Origin: a candidate division FCPU426 bacterium
GTDB taxonomy: Bacteria; Oederibacteriota; Muellerivitia; Muellerivitales; Muellerivitaceae
DNA: 64,000 nt
Assembly: GCA_963771075.1 (NCBI GenBank)
Contig: CAVYSE010000025.1
Location: 1-64,000, forward strand
Direction: 5' to 3'
Position 1 is the stretch's first letter; each line of letters opens with the position of its first letter. Below, piece after piece: positions 50,518-60,666 of this stretch. The notes beneath the pieces are model-generated. The model made no database searches. It saw only the letters and a list, made by a program, of their open reading frames with translations, and was not told the DNA's origin. The translations under genes were made by a program, and so were the position numbers.

Positions 50518-52137
50518 CTAAATCTCAATATCGAAATACTTGCAGATCTGGAAGTGGATCTGGTTCCAGGGAAAATCGTCATTACGGATGAGGGTATTCA
50601 GGTTGGAATCGTTTTGCGCCGGCCCATTGGCGTCGCTCCGGACCACTCCCCCGCATTCCAGGGAGGCCGCCCAATCCTCGTTGAAAAACCACTCCAAGCC
50701 CACCGCCGTAAAGAGGGTATTCAAGCGGATGGAGGTACCGCCCTGGCTGGAATTGTAAAAGGCGTATCCGCAAAGCAGGTAGGGACGCCAAACATCCGTT
50801 AGCACGTTCATACGCAAATCCACCTGGCTCGGTAGGAAGCCCTTGTCGATTCCTCCCTCCAGCTGCCAATGTCGGTCATCCGATAGGACCCCGAACTTAA
50901 ACACATTATCCAGGGCGCCGAATTGGGCTCCCAGCATGTAACCGTAATCGGTCGGGTTTTTGATGCTCTTGACTCCCTCGAAACTCTCGAAATATCCACC
51001 GCCATCCTTGGGAACCAGGGTCAGCAATCGCTTGTCTGGCCCGATACCCTGTCGGAGCCAAAGGTACATGTCGTCAATCACCGGGTCATGCTGGTCCAAC
51101 TCATGGTTGCTTCCCCAATCGATGGCGACCTGGGTGCAATCAATGACCGTCAAGCCCTCCAAAATCGTGGCCATACCGCCCCCCTGGCCCAGTCGTTTTT
51201 CTCCCGTCAAATATTGGGACAAGCCCAGGGCTTGGTCCTTCTCGTTGGAATAAACCAGGATGGGATGGCCCCGTTGGACGTAACGGTTCTTGAGGCCGTC
51301 CTCCTGAAGGTAAAGCCTAGTGAATTCCTTGGCGCTGATATCTGGCGCGATCAGGACGATGGATCCGATCTTGGAAATAAACTTGGGATTGATTTGGCCA
51401 AGCGCTTCGCAAAGCAGGTGGGTCCCCATGCTGTGGGCCAGAAGATCTACTTGGCCGGAGGCTGAATGGCCCAATACTTCTTCCAAAAATTCCACGCAAC
51501 GATCGATCTCTTCCTTACCCACCACCTTGGCCGTATCTTTTCGGTAATCCGACACGCTGATAGAGCCCCGGGAAGGCCAGCTATAGAGAATGGGGGTTCC
51601 CTCCAATTGAAGGTCATAGGCGATCTTCGCCATTCTCAGGGATGCGTTTTTAAAACTCGTCCCGAATCCATGGATAAAAACGAAAGTTTTGTTCGAACTT
51701 TCGGCACCACGGAGATCAGCCGTCGTTTCTCCGGTCCCGACAACGATGGATACGCCCGGAACAGGCAGCCCTTGGGGCTCCACAAACTCCAACCATTTCG
51801 AACGCGGATTCTTATTACGGCGGTAAGCGAGTTGAAGCGCGACCCGGCATTGGCCCCAATGGATTTGATTGTCCGCCTGATTGCCGTAATCCGCGCCCCG
51901 GGGCACCCGGTCCGTTCCATAAATCAGGGTCACGCAGGGAACAAGCCGTGGGTTCAATTCATCAGATTGGGACACGGGTTTATCTTGGGCCATAAGATCC
52001 GTCGAGCCATTCCGACCTAACCCAAATGAAGGGACCGCGAATACCGCAAACAAAACCAAGATCAGAAATAACCGTTTCAAACAAAATCCCAAAAGGAAAT
52101 TAAATTTGGCCACAGATATATGGTGATTTTTAAACAT
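50518..52137 (-). CDS. DUF900-type alpha/beta hydrolase with C-terminal beta-barrel-like domain
   Basis: YGTDR, FVFIHGF, YSWPSRG, AHSMG, APDI, D.AL.LS, RLG, NH motifs; C-terminal amphipathic strands. Confidence 0.8.
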   Translation of the reverse strand: MFKNHHISVAKFNFLLGFCLKRLFLILVLFAVFAVPSFGLGRNGSTDLMAQDKPVSQSDELNPRLVPCVTLIYGTDRVPRGADYGNQADNQIHWGQCRVALQLAYRRNKNPRSKWLEFVEPQGLPVPGVSIVVGTGETTADLRGAESSNKTFVFIHGFGTSFKNASLRMAKIAYDLQLEGTPILYSWPSRGSISVSDYRKDTAKVVGKEEIDRCVEFLEEVLGHSASGQVDLLAHSMGTHLLCEALGQINPKFISKIGSIVLIAPDISAKEFTRLYLQEDGLKNRYVQRGHPILVYSNEKDQALGLSQYLTGEKRLGQGGGMATILEGLTVIDCTQVAIDWGSNHELDQHDPVIDDMYLWLRQGIGPDKRLLTLVPKDGGGYFESFEGVKSIKNPTDYGYMLGAQFGALDNVFKFGVLSDDRHWQLEGGIDKGFLPSQVDLRMNVLTDVWRPYLLCGYAFYNSSQGGTSIRLNTLFTAVGLEWFFNEDWAASLECGGVVRSDANGPAQNDSNLNTLIRNDDFPWNQIHFQICKYFDIEI

Positions 52138-52261
52138 ATTTTAAAATGCCTTTTCTTTGGCCTGTCCGGGCGTGCGAAGCTCATCCCATGAATCCGTTGC
52201 TGATTAACAATGATGACTTGCTTTTTTTATCCAAATCCCGCCCTCGAAGAGTCTCAAAGCG

Positions 52262-54331
52262 TCAAGGCGCTTTTACTTTCAAGGTACCTACTTGCGCAAA
52301 ACGGGGATCCCCGTCCAGCTTGATTCCCCTGGTCATGGGCCAAAAATCACTTCCATTCTTTCCCGTATCCAAGCTGAATTGCACCAACGATTGGCCCGCC
52401 CCACGGCCCATGAATTTTTCCAGGTTTTGGGCCGAAGCCCTTTCATAAAATTCCTTGCGGAACGACTCATGCCCTTCATGGATCTCGGGAAGAGTTTTTT
52501 GCAGGGCCACGACCATCCGGTAATTCCCCGGCGGGAAATCGGAGGGGATCATCAGTACCCTTTCCTCGTCATATACCCGGCCAGGCATTAAACGCGTAAA
52601 GGAGTAAAGAGGCGGATCGTGTATATCATGAAGCCAGAAAACCCCGTCCTTGAGAGGGTAGTTTCCCTTTTCGTCCAGGAAAAGGACCATGACCTGGCTT
52701 GTCCCATCCTCGCCTCCCGGTCCCCGGCGGGCCCAAAGGTAATGAAGGGTGAGGATGTCTCCCGCGGCCAATTCGGATGGGATCAATTCCACTTTCCTTA
52801 ACTCCACTTCGTTCCAGGCGGCCAGGGTGGGTTCTTTGGTCAGGGGGAGGATGGAAAGACCTGGAATGTTACCCGGCGCGACCCGGTAAAGGGGTCCCCA
52901 AGTCTCGAATGAAAAACCCGGAGGAAGGGGGTATTGCCGGGTCACGAAAAACTTCCGTCCCACACCAAGGGCATAATGGATGAGCGGGGCGATCTCGGAG
53001 GGCGGGGTTCCGGGTTCGATCAATTCCACGCCTTTATGAAACCCATAGGATTGCTGGTAGCCCGCCAGGGGGAAATACTCATTTTCCTCGCTGGGGTAAT
53101 AGAGGGCGTCCTTGCCCATGAGGGTCAATAGGTTGCGTGCGTAGTCCTCGGCGCTCCGGTCCATCTTGCGGTCCACGAGATGGCTGATGGAGAGTACCTG
53201 CGTGACCCCCCCCGCCAGAAGGTACAGCACAATCCATTTGGTTAAACGCGGGCGATTGTAGCGTCCAATCTCACGGGAAATTGCCCCTAATCCGTAAGCG
53301 GCCAACAAGCCCGAAACCGCCCAACTAAAGATAACCTGGTGGGATTCAAAAGTGGGAAATGGAATGGTGAAAACGAAAAGTGTCTCCAGGGCCGCCCATC
53401 CCATCGCGACAAACAAAAAGGCCGGCACCCGGTTTCGCAGGATGAGGACCGCGAAGAACCCCGTCACCGCCAGGACCACCCCAAAGGGCGTCAATTCATT
53501 CCAGTAATGGCCTGCCATTTGGCTCAAGACGGTCCAAACGTTCGCCGCCGAAACGGCTCCCACATAGTTGGAAAACTTCAGCGCCAGGACATGGCGGACG
53601 AAGGGGGCCCAATGGGTCAGGTCGGCAAAGGCAACGGAAGGTTTCAGGGCCGAGCGCAATGGCAGGTAGAGGGCGTTACTCCAACCTAAAATAAAGCAGG
53701 AACCTCCCACCAAGAATCTCTTGGCCATCCTCTCTCCGGAATTCCGGCCTTTCCATAAAAGAAATATCCCGGCGAAGGGCAGGACGAAAAAAAGGGTGGG
53801 GCGAAAAACAATACCCGCTCCCAAAACAAACAGGAAAAGAATCTCGCCGCGCCGGGACCACTTGGAGTCCCCTTCCAGGTCCAAAATCCAAAGGAGGAAA
53901 AGCGCCAAAAACAGGTACAGGGAATAAACCAGGGGAACGAGCGAATAACGCCACCAGGGAAGGCTGAGGCTCCAAATCACCGTAAGGAGGCCCATCCACC
54001 CATGCGTGCCGCGACGGGGGGACAACCGGCAGGCCAACCGCCAGAAAACAAAGGAAGCCAGGGCGGAACATAAGGCGGACAGAAAACCCAGCCTCCAGGC
54101 CGGGGTGTAAAAGGGTAGCAGCATGAAGCACTTGCCCAGGAGGTGGAAAAGGACCTGGCCCGAAGGATGGGAAATCCCCAAACAAGCTGTGGCCCCCACC
54201 ATTTCCCCCGAGTCGTACCAGCCGATAAAGGGGGACACCAGGAAGCCATTGAGAAAAAGAAGGCTGGGAAAAAGGACCGCCGGAAGGAGTTTCCCCCCGC
54301 GGCCGGGCGCGCCCTGGGCGGGAAGGGTCAT
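52262..54331 (-). CDS. DUF2723 (TMEM260-like) GT-C membrane protein
   Basis: YDSGEM....CLGISHPSG..LF.LLG and LYLPLRS motifs. Confidence 0.8.
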   Translation of the reverse strand: MTLPAQGAPGRGGKLLPAVLFPSLLFLNGFLVSPFIGWYDSGEMVGATACLGISHPSGQVLFHLLGKCFMLLPFYTPAWRLGFLSALCSALASFVFWRLACRLSPRRGTHGWMGLLTVIWSLSLPWWRYSLVPLVYSLYLFLALFLLWILDLEGDSKWSRRGEILFLFVLGAGIVFRPTLFFVLPFAGIFLLWKGRNSGERMAKRFLVGGSCFILGWSNALYLPLRSALKPSVAFADLTHWAPFVRHVLALKFSNYVGAVSAANVWTVLSQMAGHYWNELTPFGVVLAVTGFFAVLILRNRVPAFLFVAMGWAALETLFVFTIPFPTFESHQVIFSWAVSGLLAAYGLGAISREIGRYNRPRLTKWIVLYLLAGGVTQVLSISHLVDRKMDRSAEDYARNLLTLMGKDALYYPSEENEYFPLAGYQQSYGFHKGVELIEPGTPPSEIAPLIHYALGVGRKFFVTRQYPLPPGFSFETWGPLYRVAPGNIPGLSILPLTKEPTLAAWNEVELRKVELIPSELAAGDILTLHYLWARRGPGGEDGTSQVMVLFLDEKGNYPLKDGVFWLHDIHDPPLYSFTRLMPGRVYDEERVLMIPSDFPPGNYRMVVALQKTLPEIHEGHESFRKEFYERASAQNLEKFMGRGAGQSLVQFSLDTGKNGSDFWPMTRGIKLDGDPRFAQVGTLKVKAP

Positions 54332-56310
54332 GGGGCCTTTTCAAGCCTCTCGATATTGGACTCCACCTGCCCGGAAGGGTCCTTGACCCCCAAACTTTTG
54401 AGCATGTCCTGTGCCGCTTGGTAGGCCAGGAGGGCCTCCGCCTTTTTACCGCATTTTTCCAATGCTTCTCCCTTGAAGAGATAAGCTTTCAGTGAATTGG
54501 GAAACTCATCGATGCACTTCTGGGCAGGGCCGATGGCCTCCCTCGGTCGGCCCAGTTGGAGCAAAAGCCAGGCCTGATTGGTATAAACCATGGGAAGGCG
54601 GGGGCCATTTTTAACAAGCTGGGTTTCCAGGTCCAAGGCCTCCTCTAAGTTGCCGCGATTGACCAGGCTATGGATCTGGTTATTGCGGAATTCATACTCA
54701 TAAGGCGAACAATCAATGGCCTTTTGGAAATCCTTTTGGGCCTCCAGAAAATGTTTTTCCCTTTCGGAGACCAGGTTGTTTTGTTTTGCCCGGGCGTCTT
54801 CGATAACGCCCAAAAGATTCCAGCTTTGCCCATAGTTGGACCTTAAATAAAGGGCTTTGTTCTCCGCGGCCTCGGCCTGGTCCCACTTCCCCGCTTGAAA
54901 AAGCGAGGAAGCCTGCCGGTCCAACCTTCCCGCCGAATAATCGCGGTAGCTTCCCACGCCCAGGCTCCAAAACAGGAAAACCAATAGGATGGCGCTCCCC
55001 GCCAGGAAAGCCCGGAGGGAAAACCGAAATTCCGCCCGTAAATCCTCGGGTTCAGGCTTCTCGATCAAAGCGTAGGTCACGACCCCGAATACCACCAGAC
55101 GGTGGGACCATTCATGGAATGTGAAATCCACGAAATTGTGGGCGCACTCAAAAAGCATCAGATAAAAAGCCGTTTCCGCCGCGCGGGCGGTCGTGGACAA
55201 GGGTTGAAAAGCGCCGGTGTTCCGGACCCGGTCCCAAAAGCGCCGGATGACCGCCCAGAGGAACAACACAGTAAATCCCAAGGCCGGCCAGCCGCACTCC
55301 GCGGCCACCTGCAGGTACTCATTGTGGGCTGCGGGTGTGGTGGTGTTCCAAAGAAATTCGGGCCGGAATGAGGCGTAAACGGTTTGAAAGGTGCCGGGGC
55401 CGAATCCCCAAAGGGGCTGTTCCACGGCCATTTGCCATCCCGCGGACCAGAGGTCGAAGCGGAAAAAAGCCCTCGGGTCCATTTCCTGGGCGTTTAGTAA
55501 GCGATTGATCATCGAATAAACGCAAAAGGCCAGAAAAACGATGAAAAGGCCGAATAAGATCCAATGGCGGCTGTCCCACCCGTGCATCCGATCCTCGATC
55601 TCCTCCATGTGAAGGAGGCAAAACAGGACAACCACCAAAACCATCGCCACCAGGGAGCCCCGGCTTTCGGTCAACCCCCAAGCCAGCAGCAAAAGACACA
55701 AGGATAAGAAGGAAACTTTCCCACCCCGTATTTTTTTCAAGGTAAACCAGATGAGGGCGGCTCCCAGGAATCCTGCGGCGATATTTTGGTTTGGGAAAAG
55801 GCCTTCCCTTGGATAAATAAAATCGAACCGGCCGGCAAACAAGTCATGGAGCCCCGTGGACCCGATCAGATCGATCCCGGCCAGAAGGGCGGTCCAGAAA
55901 AAGAACTTCTCGAACCAATCCCAAATCCCAGGCCAGAATTTCCACATCGCCCGGAGGGAGTACCACCAAAGCAAAAGACAGAGGTAACTCTTAAACGCGT
56001 AAAAACTGTCAAAAGCCTGTTTGGAATTCTTGACCGAAAGGAGAACCCACCCCGATAAAAGCATCAAAAGGAAGTCGGGCAGGTCCAAAACCAAAAGGGA
56101 ACGGTTTTCTTGCCGGGCCCAGGAAGCCCCCAGGCAAAGGAAAAAAACAGCCAACGTGACCCAACGAATGGCACCGTCCTCCAAAGACCATGCCGGCACC
56201 GAGGTCAACGGCAAAAGGGTCACGAGGGGAATAAGGGCCAGGAATAAGATACCAACCAGTCGGCCGGTCAGGTCCGCGGCAAAGGTCGGGTGGGTCGGGG
56301 TGGTTCTCAT
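54328..56310 (-). CDS. O-antigen ligase/O-oligosaccharyltransferase family protein with TPRs
   Basis: FPNQN..AGFL, TESRG, R..LW, PLWGFGPGTF, AHNEYLQVAAECG motifs; C-terminal TPRs. Confidence 0.85.
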   Translation of the reverse strand: MRTTPTHPTFAADLTGRLVGILFLALIPLVTLLPLTSVPAWSLEDGAIRWVTLAVFFLCLGASWARQENRSLLVLDLPDFLLMLLSGWVLLSVKNSKQAFDSFYAFKSYLCLLLWWYSLRAMWKFWPGIWDWFEKFFFWTALLAGIDLIGSTGLHDLFAGRFDFIYPREGLFPNQNIAAGFLGAALIWFTLKKIRGGKVSFLSLCLLLLAWGLTESRGSLVAMVLVVVLFCLLHMEEIEDRMHGWDSRHWILFGLFIVFLAFCVYSMINRLLNAQEMDPRAFFRFDLWSAGWQMAVEQPLWGFGPGTFQTVYASFRPEFLWNTTTPAAHNEYLQVAAECGWPALGFTVLFLWAVIRRFWDRVRNTGAFQPLSTTARAAETAFYLMLFECAHNFVDFTFHEWSHRLVVFGVVTYALIEKPEPEDLRAEFRFSLRAFLAGSAILLVFLFWSLGVGSYRDYSAGRLDRQASSLFQAGKWDQAEAAENKALYLRSNYGQSWNLLGVIEDARAKQNNLVSEREKHFLEAQKDFQKAIDCSPYEYEFRNNQIHSLVNRGNLEEALDLETQLVKNGPRLPMVYTNQAWLLLQLGRPREAIGPAQKCIDEFPNSLKAYLFKGEALEKCGKKAEALLAYQAAQDMLKSLGVKDPSGQVESNIERLEKAP

Positions 56311-56393
56311 GGATCGTTCAGGCCTTCAGGATTTGGTCACAAGGTCATTCTACTTCTTTCAGGAAAGGAGTCCACCCGGGAAAGACGCTCCTT

Positions 56394-57554
56394 TTATCGT
56401 CCCTGTTTGCCCTTGATAACCTCCTGATAGAGGGACTCGATTTGGGCCAACATTTCCTTGATCAGGTAGCTGCCCTTCAAACCCTTTCGGCCCTCCTGTC
56501 CCAGCCTCATTCCCAATTCCCGGTCGTTCAATATCCGGGAAAGGCTGTGGGCCATGCCCAGGACATCATGGGGCGGGTGAAGGAACCCTGATTGGCCGTC
56601 CCGCACGGCCTCGGGCGTGCCCGAGACATTGGTGGCAACCACAGGTTTTCCCGCCGCCATCGCTTGGAGTACCACCCGAGGCAATCCTTCATAAAGAGAG
56701 GTGAGCAGGAGGACGTCGGTGGCGGCCAACAGCTTCGCGACATCTTCTTTCCACCCCAACAAACGAAAATGGTTTTTCAGGCCGCGTTGCTCGATCTCCC
56801 TTTCCACTTTTTTCCGGAGGGGACCGTCCCCGGCCCAAAGCAGTAGAAATTCAGGGCAAAGGGTTTTGAGAACTGTCGCGGTTCGGACCACGTCCAGGGG
56901 GGATTTTTGATTTTTGAAGTTGGAGAGCACCAGGACCGCAAGCCGTTGGGCGGTACCATATTGATGTCGAGCGTCCTTCGTTCCCGATAAGGATAGGTGG
57001 TAAGCCCTTGGATCTATCCCGCTGTGGATGACCCGATATTGACTCTCTTTCCCCACACCCGCCGCCAGCCCAGTCCGGCGATTCTCATCGCTGACCGTGA
57101 TAATCCGATCGGTCAACAAAGCGGCCTGTCTTTCAAGAAATTGGTAGAATCCCCGAATTGGGGGGAATTGGCTGGGGTGAAAACCCCAGCCATGGACCGT
57201 ATGAACGACGTGGGGCACCCCCGCGGCTCGCGCCGCGAACCGGCCCAGGATGCCCGCCTTGGAACTGTGGGTATGGACCAAATCCACCTTTTCATCCCGC
57301 AAAACGCGCCGGAGGGCGCCATAGGCTTTCCAGTCCCAGGCGGGGGAAAGGGGATGCTTCAGTTCGGTCAAAAAATACACCTTCACGCCCGTGAGCTTGC
57401 GGGCTTCCTTATCGAGGAACCCACCCACTCCCGTCAGGAGTAGCACCTCGTATTTTTTCCGGTCGTGGTGGGCGCAACAATAGAGGGTGTTTTGCTGGGC
57501 GCCACCCAAATCCAGCCGGGTGATGAGATGGGCGATTTTAAGGCGGCGTGCCAT
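56394..57554 (-). CDS. GT4 glycosyltransferase
   Basis: GGAQ, VHTHSSKAGILGR, HTVHG, SLYEGLP.V...AMAAGKPVV motifs. Confidence 0.9.
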   Translation of the reverse strand: MARRLKIAHLITRLDLGGAQQNTLYCCAHHDRKKYEVLLLTGVGGFLDKEARKLTGVKVYFLTELKHPLSPAWDWKAYGALRRVLRDEKVDLVHTHSSKAGILGRFAARAAGVPHVVHTVHGWGFHPSQFPPIRGFYQFLERQAALLTDRIITVSDENRRTGLAAGVGKESQYRVIHSGIDPRAYHLSLSGTKDARHQYGTAQRLAVLVLSNFKNQKSPLDVVRTATVLKTLCPEFLLLWAGDGPLRKKVEREIEQRGLKNHFRLLGWKEDVAKLLAATDVLLLTSLYEGLPRVVLQAMAAGKPVVATNVSGTPEAVRDGQSGFLHPPHDVLGMAHSLSRILNDRELGMRLGQEGRKGLKGSYLIKEMLAQIESLYQEVIKGKQGR

Positions 57555-58729
57555 CAGGGAGACTCAGGGCGCGTCAAGAGGCGCCTCAGGTGTCTCGGCG
57601 GGGGCTTCGTCTTGGGGCTTCTTGGGTTCCCCTTTTTCTTGGCCGACTCCGCCTTGCGGGCCGCCTTTTTGGCCTGCTTCTCGTCCGCTTGGGCGGCCTC
57701 GATCGCGGCATGGTCCACGCCCGTGATGGGCTGGATCTGGGCCTTGATAGCCTGTTCCTCGTCCTCGGCTTCAACATATTTTTTCAGCCAATCCCACTCC
57801 CGGGCCAGGCCTTCCCTTAAAGGCGTGTGGGGCTTCAAACCAAAAATCTTCTCGAGTTTCACCGTATCCGCGCGGGTGGAAATAACATCGCCCTTCTGCC
57901 GCTCCAGATAGGTTTTGGGGCACATCTTGCCGCTGATCTCTTCCAGTATCGCGACAGCTTCCATAAGGGTACAGGGGGACCCTCCGCCCACATTGACCAC
58001 CTGTCCCACCGCCTCTGGGTTTGTCAGCGAGGCGGCGATGATTTCCACCACGTCGTCCACGTAAGTGAAATCCCTCACCTGTTTTCCATCGCCATAGACC
58101 GTGAGGGCTGCGTCATGCAGGATGCTGTGACAGAAACGGTTGAAAGCCATGTCCGGCCTTTGGCCCGGGCCGTAAACGGAGAAAAAACGAAGGGAAACGG
58201 TAGGCACCTTGTATTCCTGGTGGTAGAGCTGGCAGAGGTTCTCGGCGGCCAGCTTGGTCACACCATAGGGACTGCGGGGTTTGCAGGCTATTTCCTCATG
58301 AAGGACGGCGGTTACCTCCCCGGAGGCCGGGGCGATATCGCCATACACGGAGGAGGAGGAGGCGTACACGAACCGCTTGAGCTTGTTGCTTTTGGATTCC
58401 TCCAAAAGCCGTTGGGTGACCTGCAGGTTGTTGGTGACATAGCGGTGAAAGGAGGCTCCCCAAGAACCCCGGACCCCGGGCTGGCCCGCCAGGTGGACCA
58501 CCGCCTCCGTGCCCTTCAGGACCTTGACCAAGGCCATGGTCGCCAGGTTGTCCTCCACCAGTTTGAACTGGGGATGCAGGAGGGTCTGGTAGAGATTCTT
58601 CTCTTTTTGGGCGCGGGAATAGTAAACGTCGAAATTGTCCACGCCCGTGATTTCATGGCCTTCTTTCAAGAGCCGGTCGACCAGGTGGGACCCGATGAAA
58701 CCCGCGCAGCCTGTCACTAAAATCTTCAT
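57554..58729 (-). CDS. NAD-dependent sugar epimerase/dehydratase (UDP-glucuronate 4-epimerase-like)
   Basis: TGCAGFIGS, HLAGQPGVR, ASSSSVYG, YGVTK, YGPGQRPDMA motifs. Confidence 0.9.
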   Translation of the reverse strand: MKILVTGCAGFIGSHLVDRLLKEGHEITGVDNFDVYYSRAQKEKNLYQTLLHPQFKLVEDNLATMALVKVLKGTEAVVHLAGQPGVRGSWGASFHRYVTNNLQVTQRLLEESKSNKLKRFVYASSSSVYGDIAPASGEVTAVLHEEIACKPRSPYGVTKLAAENLCQLYHQEYKVPTVSLRFFSVYGPGQRPDMAFNRFCHSILHDAALTVYGDGKQVRDFTYVDDVVEIIAASLTNPEAVGQVVNVGGGSPCTLMEAVAILEEISGKMCPKTYLERQKGDVISTRADTVKLEKIFGLKPHTPLREGLAREWDWLKKYVEAEDEEQAIKAQIQPITGVDHAAIEAAQADEKQAKKAARKAESAKKKGNPRSPKTKPPPRHLRRLLTRPESP

Positions 58730-58801
58730 TTCGCGTGATGCTCCTTATCAAGAGTTTATTTTAAGAGTCAAAAGCCCGAAAGACGATCCTCCCGGGGCCG
58801 T

Positions 58802-59995
58802 TTAGAACGCCGCTTCCGACAATACCACCATCCTCAGATACTCGGTTTCGGGAACCCCCAAAAGAATGGGATGATCTTGCGGTTGGGAGACACGCTCCAC
58901 CAGGCGGAAGGACCTGCCGCTTTTCTCGATCGACTCCCGCAACACCCCTTCCAAAACGTTCCAGGGAAAATGATGGGAACAGGTGGCCACGATCAAAAAA
59001 CCGGCCGGGTTTAAGATTTCCATGGAAAGGGAGACGAGACGGATCAGGGCCAACCTGCCCTCGGGAATTTCATGGACGCTCTTGGCTAGGGGCGGGGGGT
59101 CCAAAAGGATCCCGTCAAATCTCTCGCCCGTCTTGCGTAGTTCCCGCAAATCCTTGAAGCTATCGCCCTTTTCAAAACGGGTCTTTCCCTCCACGCCGTT
59201 CGCCCTCGCGTTCTCCCGAGCCTCCTCCACCGCTTGCTGGGAGGATTCCAAACCCAGCACTTCCCTAGCCCCCCCGAGGGCGGCCAGGATGGAAGCGGCT
59301 CCCGTGTAACAGAACGCGTCCAGGACCCTTTTACTTTTTGATAGATCAGCGAATCTCTTCCTTCCCTCCCGGAAGTCCAGGTAGAACCCGCTCTTTTGTC
59401 CCTGGTCGGGACGAACCCGGAAAGTCGCTTTCCCCTCCTTGAAGGAAACTGGAAAGGTCCCAGGCTCCGTCAGCCATTCCTGGACTTCGGGCATGCCTTC
59501 CTTCTGGCAAGTTTCCCCCACACTCTTTTCGTAAACGAAAGGAAACCCTTGTTGAACCAGCGTATCCCTGACCGTTGGAAGGAAGGGTTTCAATCCCAGG
59601 CTGAAGCAGGAAAGCACGGCGGTCTTTCCAAAGCCGTCCACGATCAATCCCGGCAACCCATCTCCCTCCCCGAAAATCAGCCGGGCGCCATTGGTTTCGC
59701 CCGACGCGAGGAGGGGTCTCCGGAGGGCGATGGCTTCTTCCACGCGGGAGCGGATCAGGGCCTCATCCACCTCGGTTTTGAAATCCCGGGTCAGTAGACG
59801 GATAAGGATCTTAGAGGAAGGATTGGCTACGCCCCGGCCCAAGGGGATACCCTTGGAAGACATCACTTCCACCAGGTTCCCGGGCGAGAGGCTTTGGGGT
59901 GACTTTTCCACCTCGTTGGCGAAAACCCATGGGTGGCCCGTCAGGAGACGGTCTTCCTCCTTGGGTTTTAGTTTGACGCGGATGTAAACTGACAA
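58802..59995 (-). CDS. rlmI: RlmI-like SAM-dependent rRNA methyltransferase
   Basis: GHPWVF (PUA), EGDGLPGLIVD, GQKSGFYLD, LDAFCYTG, LDPP, DHP...PETEYL motifs. Confidence 0.82.
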   Translation of the reverse strand: MSVYIRVKLKPKEEDRLLTGHPWVFANEVEKSPQSLSPGNLVEVMSSKGIPLGRGVANPSSKILIRLLTRDFKTEVDEALIRSRVEEAIALRRPLLASGETNGARLIFGEGDGLPGLIVDGFGKTAVLSCFSLGLKPFLPTVRDTLVQQGFPFVYEKSVGETCQKEGMPEVQEWLTEPGTFPVSFKEGKATFRVRPDQGQKSGFYLDFREGRKRFADLSKSKRVLDAFCYTGAASILAALGGAREVLGLESSQQAVEEARENARANGVEGKTRFEKGDSFKDLRELRKTGERFDGILLDPPPLAKSVHEIPEGRLALIRLVSLSMEILNPAGFLIVATCSHHFPWNVLEGVLRESIEKSGRSFRLVERVSQPQDHPILLGVPETEYLRMVVLSEAAF

Positions 59996-60046
59996 AGGGT
60001 CCTCTTTCAGGGGATCAACGGGTCGAACTCCCCCGGGGGATAAAGA

Positions 60047-60616
60047 CTAGAATTTGAGGGTGAAGGCGGTTTGAGTCGGGCGGAAGGATTGAGCCAACTG
60101 AAGACGTACGGGGTCTTGAAGCCAGGCCTGGTTGGAACGCAAAAATTCGGTCTGGGCCCTTTGGTCCACCTCATAATCGTGGGGCATGATCAGGGTCCCC
60201 GCTACGATTCCCGCGCACAAGCCCAGAGCGCCCCCGATGAACATATTCGCGGTATAGGATCCGTCGCCGGCAGGGGTCAACTCATTTGCGGCGAAAAGAC
60301 CCAGTCCCAAACCGACCGCCCCGGATAAGATGATTTCGATCGAACGGGCGTCATTATTGACGCTGGGCCCCCGATCATGATTGTCCATTTGCCGGTATTC
60401 CTTGGCCTTGGAATCCCGGTCCAAGTCCCCCGCCCAGTCAAAAAGACCAAAGTGGTCGGGCCGGGTCTTGACCTCGTTGGGATCGTTGTTGCCGTTGTCA
60501 TCCTCCCAGAAAAGGGCGTGAGCCTTCGGAACCAGGGCCGGAATAAAAAGTCCCGATAAACACAGGGAGCAAAAGAGGATAAGGGCGGATTGGATCGTTG
60601 AACGTTTTAAAATCAT
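60047..60616 (-). CDS. Exported hypothetical protein with glycine-zipper-like hydrophobic segments
   Basis: Signal peptide ending AHA; GAVGLGLG and GGALGLCAG segments; C-terminal F. Confidence 0.65.
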   Translation of the reverse strand: MILKRSTIQSALILFCSLCLSGLFIPALVPKAHALFWEDDNGNNDPNEVKTRPDHFGLFDWAGDLDRDSKAKEYRQMDNHDRGPSVNNDARSIEIILSGAVGLGLGLFAANELTPAGDGSYTANMFIGGALGLCAGIVAGTLIMPHDYEVDQRAQTEFLRSNQAWLQDPVRLQLAQSFRPTQTAFTLKF

Positions 60617-60666
60617 TCGAAAATTATACCTGCAATCGTTTTGAAGAAAAGAATAAAAACCTCGGC

